Virus record (IMG/VR): IMGVR_UViG_3300007171_000004
Span: 32,001-96,000 of that record
Origin: a virus
Taxonomy: Duplodnaviria > Caudoviricetes
Direction: 5' to 3' (one strand)
DNA length: 64,000 nucleotides
Of this stretch, positions 35,550 to 44,184 are shown piece after piece. A program made the translations under genes and the position numbers. The first letter of the stretch is position 1. Every line of letters starts with the position of its first letter. The notes under the pieces are model-generated. The model saw only the letters and a list, made by a program, of their open reading frames with translations, had not been told where the DNA came from and did no database searches.

Positions 35550-36500
35550 ATGGATAGCTTCGACCCTAATAAAATTATTGACTTTTCTAAAAATTATTAT
35601 GAGATTTTAGGAATTAATTCTGAGGATCTACCTAATGGGAAAAATAGAGCTGCTAAAGTTGAATGTAGTAATATTTTAGACAAAGCATTTAGAAATAAAG
35701 CTAGAACTTGTCATCCTGATTTTGGTGGGACTAAGGAAGCTTTTTTAGATATTGTTAGAGCCAGAAGAATTTTAGAAGATCCCTATTTACGAGATATTTA
35801 TGATGGCAAAGAACAAAAGCCAGAATTTTCAAACAATAGCGAATTTACTGTAGACTGGTCAAAAATTGGTAACTATAGAAAAGGCACACCAGAAGATACA
35901 GTAGGTTTTAGTTTATTCTTTGAAATTGTAGAAATCAAAGAAAATCTTAATATTGTTCCAGCTTTTATTCCTAAGTCTGCGGATCACAATTATGAATGGG
36001 ATTTTGCATTAGCTGAACAAAAGGTCAAACTTTCCCTATCTATTGTTAACGATGAGGATGAAGTATTAAGATTAACAGATTCATCAAAAATGGAAGAATC
36101 TTTACCATTTAAAATTTATATCTGTATTCCAAGAGCTAGTTTATCAATCTCTCGCAATGATGGATCTATTCAGGCAGCTTACAATGACTTCAATCTTTTA
36201 GAAACTACTTCTTTAAATGTTGCCAAAGAATATATTAGTTGTGGATTAAGTAAAGATTTAGAGCTTTTTAGGTCAGGCGAATTACAAGCTAAAAAAAGAG
36301 AAGAAGATAAGAAAAATAATCAAAGTAATTGGATAAGTGGAGATAAAATGAAAACTATCGACAAAAGCCAGCTTGATTATATCTTAAAATTAAAATCTTT
36401 CAATGTTACACCAGACGAAAATGCTGCTGATTTCTTGGAAAAATTACCCACAGAATCAAGGAACACATCACAAGAAGACACTCCTGAACTGCCATTTTGA
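35550..36500 (+). CDS. J-domain (DnaJ-like) co-chaperone protein
   Basis: NYYEILGI...AFRNKARTCHPDFGG...AF..I..A..IL.DP..R..YD with an intact HPD motif. Confidence 0.85.
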   Translation: MDSFDPNKIIDFSKNYYEILGINSEDLPNGKNRAAKVECSNILDKAFRNKARTCHPDFGGTKEAFLDIVRARRILEDPYLRDIYDGKEQKPEFSNNSEFTVDWSKIGNYRKGTPEDTVGFSLFFEIVEIKENLNIVPAFIPKSADHNYEWDFALAEQKVKLSLSIVNDEDEVLRLTDSSKMEESLPFKIYICIPRASLSISRNDGSIQAAYNDFNLLETTSLNVAKEYISCGLSKDLELFRSGELQAKKREEDKKNNQSNWISGDKMKTIDKSQLDYILKLKSFNVTPDENAADFLEKLPTESRNTSQEDTPELPF

Positions 36501-36575
36501 TAGGTCTAATTTGCCGTTTAAAAGAAATAAGATGTAGGGAAATAATTCCTTAAACCACTCCTTTGGAGGAACAAA

Positions 36576-37937
36576 TTGGCGAAACATATTTACATTATCG
36601 ACACCTGCGTTTTACTGCATGATCCGTTCGCCCTATATAAATTCAAAGAAAATGATATTTATATTCCTTTGGCCGTAATTGATGATCTAGACGACATTAA
36701 AACAAAAAGAGACAATATCGGCTTTGCTGCGAGAGAAGTATTTAGACAACTAGAAAATTACACTCTTCAAGATTTAATTAAAGGTGTCAAAATTAATGAC
36801 GAAAACGGAAAATTATTCGTTTATAACACCGAATCTCCGTTACAAAAAAATGAAAGACCAAACATTGTTAAAGTTCATTCTGATAACGCAATTATAGAAT
36901 GTTGTTTGGCTCTCAAAGCTGTTAATCCACGAAAAAAAGTTTGCATTGTTACCAAAGATACAGGACTCAGAATCAGAGCTATAACCTGGGGCTGTAACGG
37001 TGAAAATTATAGAGCTGATCTATTAGATGTTCAAGATTACACTGGAGTTAGACAAATTGAATGTACTAACGACGCTGATTGGAAGGGGCTCTGGGCATCT
37101 GAAACTGTTGAAATTTCTAAACTATCTCCAGAATTACAAGAATCTTTAGGGGAATGTTATCCTAACGAATTTTTGATTTTCAATTATGGCGAAGCAAAGT
37201 GTCCTACATATAATAAGAATGGCGTTTTGAAGATTCTAAAAGAAAAATCCAATGCTGAAAGAAAAGCTTACATGGGCATTGAAGGCAAGAATCTTGAACA
37301 AAAATGTGCCTTGGAAGCTTTATATGATAAGACAGTTCCTCTTGTAACCTTAACCGGAAAAGCTGGATGTGGTAAATCATTCTTGGCTATTGCATCTGCA
37401 CTTCAGCAAATCAACGAAGGCACATATGAGAAGATTATTGTCATGAAGCCTTTAATTCCAGTTGGCGGTAAAGATATCGGAGCATTGCCAGGAGATAAAT
37501 TTGAAAAGATCTCTGCATGGCTTGGACCTATCAAAGATAATATTGATCAAATTTTAGGCTCAAAGTCTCTTTCTTCTAATAACATGTTTGAAGAAATGGT
37601 TAGAGAAGGCATTATTGAAGTAGAAGCTATGGCATATATTCAAGGTAGAAGTATTCCTAGATCTATTATCTTACTGGACGAATGCCAAAATATCACAAAT
37701 AGAGAGGCCAGAATGGTTGTTGAAAGATGTGGAAAGGATTCTAAGGTAATTCTTTTAGGAGATTTATCACAGGTTGAAAATCCATATCTTGATGCCCAAT
37801 CCAATGGTCTTGCTCACGCAGTTAATGGCGGTATGAAGAGCCAATTAGTTGCATCTATCTTACTGAGAAAAGTTGAAAGATCTGAACTTGCATCTGTTGC
37901 TAGTGAAATTTTCAATCGCCCAGAACGCAGAAGATAG
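36576..37937 (+). CDS. phoH: PIN-PhoH fusion (PhoH2 / PhoL type)
   Basis: PIN N-terminus IIDTCVLLHDP...SDNAII...IVTKD; PhoH ATPase GKAGCGKS, AYIQGRS, LDECQN, LLGDLSQ. TTG start with GGAGGA RBS. Confidence 0.9.
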   Translation: MAKHIYIIDTCVLLHDPFALYKFKENDIYIPLAVIDDLDDIKTKRDNIGFAAREVFRQLENYTLQDLIKGVKINDENGKLFVYNTESPLQKNERPNIVKVHSDNAIIECCLALKAVNPRKKVCIVTKDTGLRIRAITWGCNGENYRADLLDVQDYTGVRQIECTNDADWKGLWASETVEISKLSPELQESLGECYPNEFLIFNYGEAKCPTYNKNGVLKILKEKSNAERKAYMGIEGKNLEQKCALEALYDKTVPLVTLTGKAGCGKSFLAIASALQQINEGTYEKIIVMKPLIPVGGKDIGALPGDKFEKISAWLGPIKDNIDQILGSKSLSSNNMFEEMVREGIIEVEAMAYIQGRSIPRSIILLDECQNITNREARMVVERCGKDSKVILLGDLSQVENPYLDAQSNGLAHAVNGGMKSQLVASILLRKVERSELASVASEIFNRPERRR

Positions 37938-37951
37938 GATAGAAACATCAT

Positions 37952-37985
37952 AGGGGAGAAAAAAATAATCAATTCTCCCCTTTTT
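37952..37985 (+). terminator. Intrinsic terminator after phoH
   Basis: AGGGGAGAA-N12-TTCTCCCCT followed by a T-run. Confidence 0.7.
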
Positions 37986-38013
37986 GTATAATTCCCAAGA
38001 GGTTTTTTATTTT

Positions 38014-41000
38014 ATGTCACAAGCTTTTATCTGGACTGAACTTGACAATGTTAATGGAACTACAGTAATTAATCCAGAAATTCCTTATGTAGATTTTGGC
38101 AATTTTCAAGCATCCCTATATTCAGATAAAAAGATCGTTCAATTAAAATGGATCAATTCTAATGTTGAAGATATTAAACTTTGGATTGACACATATATTG
38201 CTGATGTTTATAGGGACGCAAATACTAAAAAACCTGAACTAAGACAAAATATATACAATCTTGGCTATAGAATCAAATATTGTTTATTAGATTCAATTGA
38301 GCCTATTACATTACCCGCTGCAAGAGCAATCTCATTAACAAATCTTCCAAACTTCTCATCTAATGTGATTGATCAAGTTAAAGATACTCATGATGGAGTT
38401 ACTTTAAATGTAGGAGATAATATTCTTGTAGCTTCTCAAACAACAAAGACTGAGAATGGTTTATATACTGTTGATTTAGCTTACCCAAATTCAACTTTCA
38501 AATACAATCTTATAGAAGAACCAATCCAAAGAGGCAGAATTGTTAATGTTGTAAATGCTTCTGCTACTGATAATGGAAAGTCTTATTTCATGTATGCTAA
38601 TGACACTGCTACGGAAAAAGGACCAGGATCCACATCTAATTATGTAGCTGGACTATCTGTAAAATGGATTGAAAGAACCACAAGAAGAACTTTAACAAAC
38701 TGTGTAGCTACAACAACTTTAATCAACAAAACAACAAATAGCATTACAGATTTTAATAACGCCCCAACTAGTTTAGATGGACAAACTTTAGCACTCAATA
38801 ATAGAATTTTAGTTAAAGATCAATGGGTAAATCCAAGTCAAAATGGAATCTATTCTGTCACTCAACTCTATGCCCCTAATACAAATAAAGTAACCATTGA
38901 CAGTAGAACAAACTTTATAAATAGTGCCATTGATAGCCAGAAAAGAGTGGGAATCAATATCTTAAAAGGAACAACTTATGGCGGAAAAACTTTTAGATAT
39001 TATTCCTCAGGTGCTCAATCTTCCACAACTTTAAATTGGACAGATGCAACAGCCTATTTTAGCAGCACAATTACAGTAAAAATTAGCATATCTTCAGGTT
39101 TTGGTACATGGTCCCCAACAAGTATCACAAGCGCTCCTAATGTCATATCTGGTGTATCTTTAATAAATGGAGATGTAATTTTAGTAAGATCAACAACTAA
39201 CGAATGGCAAAATGGTATCTACACAGTTCAAACAGCAGGTACAGGTTCTGATGGCATTTGGGTTAGGCATACAAGCTTTGATACGACAGCTGAAATAGTC
39301 CCAACAATTGTATATCTCACCAACGGAACTAACTCTTTTGGTGGCAATTTCTATTATATGACAAGAAAGAATGAGAGCTTTAGTTTCTTATTAAATTCTT
39401 TCAATACCAAGGGAGAAATTGCAGTATATGATAGATTGTTGTACCCTTTTAGATATCAAGATTGTTCAAACAGAATCATCGAAAATGTAAATCTTGCCGG
39501 GGCTGTGTCTGAAAAGAAATTTGAATTTAGTAACATTCAAAATGGACAAAGAGTTATTGTAAATTCCCAAACAACTAAGGGACAAAATGGAATATATACA
39601 ACTACCTTCGCATCTTCAGCTAACGAATTAGTTTATAGTAATGAATATACTATCAAAAGAGGCATGTACGCAACAATCACCTCTGGGTCACAAGCAACAA
39701 AGAAATATTTACTTTATGCTCCTGGTACATCTGAAGTCCCTGGATCTGCAAATATTACTTGGATTGATTATTCTACACCAACAGCATTAACAGGAAGAAT
39801 TGCATCTATTGACAATTTAACTGGTTACACTTCTGGAAATTTTAATAATGTAACAACTTCGATAGGTGGTATTGCAGTTAAAGATTTCTTAAATAATGAT
39901 AAAATTCTATTAAGATCACAAACTAATAAAAATGAAAATGGTCTTTATAGAGTTAATGGCGCACCAACTCCAGGAAGCAGTGTATTAACCAGAAATGCAG
40001 CTTGGGAAAATTTAGGAACAGCTGGTGGATTTTCTAGAATCGCTGTGGAACAAATGAAAGGTACAAATCATGGAAGAGTTTACCTTAAATACACCTCACA
40101 ATATAACAACCAATCTATTACACCGTTTTCTTCTAATGGTTTAATTACATCTCTTCCTTATTTAAGCGCAACAGTTGGTTATTATTATATTGGTGCTGCA
40201 TTTTCTTCAGGTGGTACTTCTTTTACTGATGGATTTGGAATTCTTAGGAGTATTTCTAATCTTGATACAATTCTCGTAAAAAATACTACAAATCCTCATC
40301 TTTCAGGAATTTATGTAAATAATGCTGGGGTTTGGACAAGAAATGTTCCTTATGATACAGCTTTTACATTCCAGATACCAACAAAAGTAAATATTACAAA
40401 TGCTCCTACTTTAACCCATAAATACATGACTGCTAAAAAGGGCGTTGGAACTAGTAACACAAGTTTTACTTTAAATAACGCCACAACAGGAATCATTAAT
40501 ATTTATGATGACATTCTTGGAGCTGGAGAAAATATTGTATCCGTAAATGGAACAAACAGAAATTTTGGATATATAAGCATTGATAGACTTCAAGATTGTA
40601 AATACACAGTTATATTAGAAATCAATGAGCAATTTGATTATGATGTCAATAATGTGAATGTCCAATTACCAATAAGCAAATTAATTGGATCAGGTACACC
40701 AAACTATGGAGATAGAGTTCTTGTAGTTTTTGCTTATGGTGGTGACATTAATGCTACAACCCCTCTTGCTGGCAATGTGGCTGGTGTTTATGTCTTTACA
40801 GGAACAGAAGTCATAAATGGTGTAGGTGGTTTTGCATCTCTTGAAAAATTACCAAATACAAATGCTAATGATGAAAATATATTCAGAATTGGAACATCAT
40901 TAAAAGCTCCATATTCTGATGCTCTTTATGGTGGTATTGATTTTACATACACCAATTATAACCCAGAAATTGAATGGTACTGTGTAAGTTCTTCAGGAAA

Positions 41001-42972
41001 TATTCATATCATTCCAAATATAGGTAAAAGTGCTACATATAAAACTGTCATTATTCATACCAGTAATGTTTCAAATGAATCTTCCTGTCCTTCAACAATT
41101 GATGGATACTCAGTTCTTGAAAACGATACAGTATTTTTAGCAGCTCAAGCTTTAGGTCCAACAATCCCACTTTCAGGCGTTTACAATTATGGATTTGGCC
41201 CTTATGTGATGAATTTGGTGAGAGATTCAAGTTACACAGCAATAGCCCCAATAGAAGTTACTGTAGGTGGTTCAACAGTTTACAGATCTTACTATGATCC
41301 TGCAAGTACTGTTTTAGGCACGAGCAATATTGAATTTCTAGCTTCTGCATCATTAACAGACAAAACAGTAAGAGTTGGCTCCACTACTAATATCACACCC
41401 TCAACACCACCTTCTGTAATTGATACTGTAACATTAGCAGTTGGAGATTTAGTACTTCTCAAAAATCAATCTACTGCTACACAAAACGGAATTTATTTAT
41501 ATGACCAAATTGATAGCTATAATTTAACAAGAGCTACAGATTTAGACAATGCTTCTGAAATTTATCCATTTTCGACTGTTAATATGAACAATAATGGATT
41601 TATCAGAAAATATGAACTTTGTGTACCTAATGGATATGGATCTTATGTTTTAGGAACAACTGCTATTGATTTAAAAGATATTACAACAGAAACTCTTTAT
41701 TCTAATCATGCTAATGTTCTTTCAGCTTCTAATATAGCATCTTTAACTGCCGGGGTTTCAGATACTATTGACAGCATAGATTTAACTTTAGAAACAAATC
41801 CATATATTCTTTTATCTGGACAAACAACATCATCTGAACGCTCTGTAAGATTATTTGAGAGAGGCGCAAAGCAAGTAGTATTATCTAGGGTTACAACTGG
41901 AAATGTTACACCTGATCAATTCTCTATAGAACCTTCTCAAGTTACTGTAACATCTTCTGCATCAGGACAAAATGTTTCTTGGGAATTATATTTTGATTCT
42001 GCAGCAACGACCGTGGGAACATCTAATAACTACTGGATGAGATCTAATACATGGGCTAGTAATTTTGCAAATGTAGATACAACCTCTTCTACAAACATCG
42101 ATTTAACTTTAGCAGCTTCTGGGACTTTAAATGGAGTGGCTATAACTGAAAATTTAAGAATATTAATTAAAGCACAGACAACAGGATCTGAAAACGGTAT
42201 TTATAAAGTTGGATATCAAAGAACTTTAAAATTAATTAGACATGAAAGAATGAATGAAACTTCTGATCTAAATGCCCTTCTTAGAGTACAAGTTTTAGAA
42301 GGCTCATTAAATGCTAATAAATATTTTGGAATTTGGATGCCGACAAGTTCTCCAGTTCTTAATTCTACAAGCATTTATTGGGTAGAACAAGGGAGTAATT
42401 TAAGGCTAAACAATTGTAAAGTAGCTACAACAACTGCAGTATCTAATCTTACTACAGCTGCTCCTTTAAGTGTTGATGGTGTTTCTTTAGCCTATGGTGA
42501 CAGAGTACTAGTAAAAAATCAAGCTTCAGCAATTCAAAATGGTGTATATTTTGTTGATAATCCAGGCACAGGAAGTAATGGTAGATGGCTAAGAGTTACA
42601 GAAATGGATTCTAACTCTGAAATATATCCTGGAATTGTGGTAGGAATTGATTTAGGTACTGTTAATGCTGGCAAAGAATTTATGATTTCATTACCTCAGC
42701 CAGCTGAAAGTCAACCATATTACACAATTGGCTCATCAAATATCAACTGGACTGAAGGGAATGGATTTGGTTCTTATAACACACATCCTAGTTTATGGAA
42801 CGATTTCCCAACATCTCTTAGTACAGCTATTCCTCTTGGTAAAGCTATCTTAAATAAAGCAAACGAAGCGAAAGCTACAAGAATCGGAATTGCAGCATAT
42901 ATTCCTAATGGACAATCTGCTGGACTAGTTAGAAACATAAAATTTATTACACAATACAAGCCTTCTCTTTAA
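38014..42972 (+). CDS. Large repetitive virion fibre protein (about 1650 aa, about 11-12 copies of the ILVK.Q....NGIY unit)
   Basis: Repeats such as GDNILVASQTTKTENGLY, NRILVKDQWVNPSQNGIY, GDLVLLKNQSTATQNGIY and GDRVLVKNQASAIQNGVY. ATG 38014 after AAGAGG. Confidence 0.85.
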   Translation: MSQAFIWTELDNVNGTTVINPEIPYVDFGNFQASLYSDKKIVQLKWINSNVEDIKLWIDTYIADVYRDANTKKPELRQNIYNLGYRIKYCLLDSIEPITLPAARAISLTNLPNFSSNVIDQVKDTHDGVTLNVGDNILVASQTTKTENGLYTVDLAYPNSTFKYNLIEEPIQRGRIVNVVNASATDNGKSYFMYANDTATEKGPGSTSNYVAGLSVKWIERTTRRTLTNCVATTTLINKTTNSITDFNNAPTSLDGQTLALNNRILVKDQWVNPSQNGIYSVTQLYAPNTNKVTIDSRTNFINSAIDSQKRVGINILKGTTYGGKTFRYYSSGAQSSTTLNWTDATAYFSSTITVKISISSGFGTWSPTSITSAPNVISGVSLINGDVILVRSTTNEWQNGIYTVQTAGTGSDGIWVRHTSFDTTAEIVPTIVYLTNGTNSFGGNFYYMTRKNESFSFLLNSFNTKGEIAVYDRLLYPFRYQDCSNRIIENVNLAGAVSEKKFEFSNIQNGQRVIVNSQTTKGQNGIYTTTFASSANELVYSNEYTIKRGMYATITSGSQATKKYLLYAPGTSEVPGSANITWIDYSTPTALTGRIASIDNLTGYTSGNFNNVTTSIGGIAVKDFLNNDKILLRSQTNKNENGLYRVNGAPTPGSSVLTRNAAWENLGTAGGFSRIAVEQMKGTNHGRVYLKYTSQYNNQSITPFSSNGLITSLPYLSATVGYYYIGAAFSSGGTSFTDGFGILRSISNLDTILVKNTTNPHLSGIYVNNAGVWTRNVPYDTAFTFQIPTKVNITNAPTLTHKYMTAKKGVGTSNTSFTLNNATTGIINIYDDILGAGENIVSVNGTNRNFGYISIDRLQDCKYTVILEINEQFDYDVNNVNVQLPISKLIGSGTPNYGDRVLVVFAYGGDINATTPLAGNVAGVYVFTGTEVINGVGGFASLEKLPNTNANDENIFRIGTSLKAPYSDALYGGIDFTYTNYNPEIEWYCVSSSGNIHIIPNIGKSATYKTVIIHTSNVSNESSCPSTIDGYSVLENDTVFLAAQALGPTIPLSGVYNYGFGPYVMNLVRDSSYTAIAPIEVTVGGSTVYRSYYDPASTVLGTSNIEFLASASLTDKTVRVGSTTNITPSTPPSVIDTVTLAVGDLVLLKNQSTATQNGIYLYDQIDSYNLTRATDLDNASEIYPFSTVNMNNNGFIRKYELCVPNGYGSYVLGTTAIDLKDITTETLYSNHANVLSASNIASLTAGVSDTIDSIDLTLETNPYILLSGQTTSSERSVRLFERGAKQVVLSRVTTGNVTPDQFSIEPSQVTVTSSASGQNVSWELYFDSAATTVGTSNNYWMRSNTWASNFANVDTTSSTNIDLTLAASGTLNGVAITENLRILIKAQTTGSENGIYKVGYQRTLKLIRHERMNETSDLNALLRVQVLEGSLNANKYFGIWMPTSSPVLNSTSIYWVEQGSNLRLNNCKVATTTAVSNLTTAAPLSVDGVSLAYGDRVLVKNQASAIQNGVYFVDNPGTGSNGRWLRVTEMDSNSEIYPGIVVGIDLGTVNAGKEFMISLPQPAESQPYYTIGSSNINWTEGNGFGSYNTHPSLWNDFPTSLSTAIPLGKAILNKANEAKATRIGIAAYIPNGQSAGLVRNIKFITQYKPSL

Positions 42973-43040
42973 AGGAGAAGGAAACATCAAACTGACAAAT
43001 GTATAATTAATTCAAGGAACATTTTGCTGGGAGTTTTTAT

Positions 43041-43499
43041 ATGCACTCTATTGAATCAGAACTACACAAATTATTAGACGACATTGCACCTGATGCACAT
43101 GATATTAATGAGAAAGCGATTATTGTTGCAGAAGCTTCAGCAATGTTCAATAAGTCTCTTTCAAAAATGACAAAGACAGCTACAAAGAATATTAGATTAG
43201 TAGAATCAAAAATGACAGATGCAATTTTATGCGCAATGTCTTTGGTTAATAATCATGATGAATTTTCTGATGATATCGTTCTTGCTGCAAATCTTTCACC
43301 TGAGCAAATTATCCGCAAGGCTTCACAAACTAAAAGCTCATTCGAGGGTATGCATATTATCAACCCAGATCTTTTAGAAAATTTATTATCTGAAGAAGAA
43401 GAACCAGTTGTTTTATTAGACGATACACATCATGAAACATCTGGTTTTCATACTCCTGGACGTGGTAAAGTTTGGTCTGATTCACTCTCAAGAAACTAA
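43041..43499 (+). CDS. Hypothetical protein (152 aa)
   Basis: GGGAG RBS; KTAT and RKASQ motifs. Confidence 0.7.
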   Translation: MHSIESELHKLLDDIAPDAHDINEKAIIVAEASAMFNKSLSKMTKTATKNIRLVESKMTDAILCAMSLVNNHDEFSDDIVLAANLSPEQIIRKASQTKSSFEGMHIINPDLLENLLSEEEEPVVLLDDTHHETSGFHTPGRGKVWSDSLSRN

Positions 43500-43500
43500 C

Positions 43501-44097
43501 ATGAAATTCAATAAGCTTGCTCAATTGCCTGGAATGGATATGGGGATGCCTCCTATGGGTGGTCCTCCAACTGCCCCTATGGCTGCACCTGGTGGTGCTC
43601 CAGCAGCTACTACAAGAGAAGAAATTGGTTCCCCTCTTAGAGAACTTGGACAGATTTTATATGATGTTGATATTGAAACTCTACTTTCTCAAAAAATAGG
43701 TTCAGATTCATCTAAGGTTGCTCAAGATATTTGGGTTATGTATGGTGGTAATATTTTAGGTGGTATCGACGAAGATAAAGTTGGTAAAAGAACTGATCGT
43801 CAAAATGTATCCCCTGAAGATGAAGAATCAGAACAAGAAAAAACTGAAGACTCCAGATGGGAAAGATTACCTGAAGGAGAATCAATTGCTGATATCACTT
43901 CCCTTGATGAGTTAGAAGCTACAGTCAAAGGAATTGCTTCAGATATTGCTGCCAAGAAGAAAAAAGAACAAGCTGGTGGTGGAGCTGGAGGCGGTATGCC
44001 AATGGCTTCTGTAAAACTTCAATTAATCAAATTAGCAGAAAGATATGATCAGGCAGGAAGATATTCATTCGCAGACATATTAGAAAAGCCGTTTTAA
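43501..44097 (+). CDS. Hypothetical protein with KLAQ N-terminus, Met/Pro/Gly low-complexity stretches and a C-terminal YD..G.Y..AD helix motif
   Basis: ATG 43501 follows the upstream TAA: MKFNKLAQLPGMDMGMPPMGG...KLAERYDQAGRYSFADILE. Confidence 0.75.
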   Translation: MKFNKLAQLPGMDMGMPPMGGPPTAPMAAPGGAPAATTREEIGSPLRELGQILYDVDIETLLSQKIGSDSSKVAQDIWVMYGGNILGGIDEDKVGKRTDRQNVSPEDEESEQEKTEDSRWERLPEGESIADITSLDELEATVKGIASDIAAKKKKEQAGGGAGGGMPMASVKLQLIKLAERYDQAGRYSFADILEKPF

Positions 44098-44130
44098 GCT
44101 AAAAGTTATCAATTTTTCCCACTTTTAGGG

Positions 44131-44165
44131 TATAATGCTGTGGTATTACATCACAGCATTTTTTT
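44131..44165 (+). promoter_or_regulatory. TATAAT box overlapping a 9-bp inverted repeat and T7 tract upstream of gyrB
   Basis: TATAAT at 44131-44136; AATGCTGTG (44134-44142) and CACAGCATT (44152-44160); T-run to 44165. Confidence 0.6.
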
Positions 44166-44184
44166 ATGCCAAAAGGAAAGATTT

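Noticed and set aside
42961-42981. 9-bp hairpin with the stop codon in its loop (CCTTCTCTT-TAA-AGGAGAAGG)
   Set aside because: No U-tract follows, so not called a terminator; the internal AGGAG has no nearby start codon.
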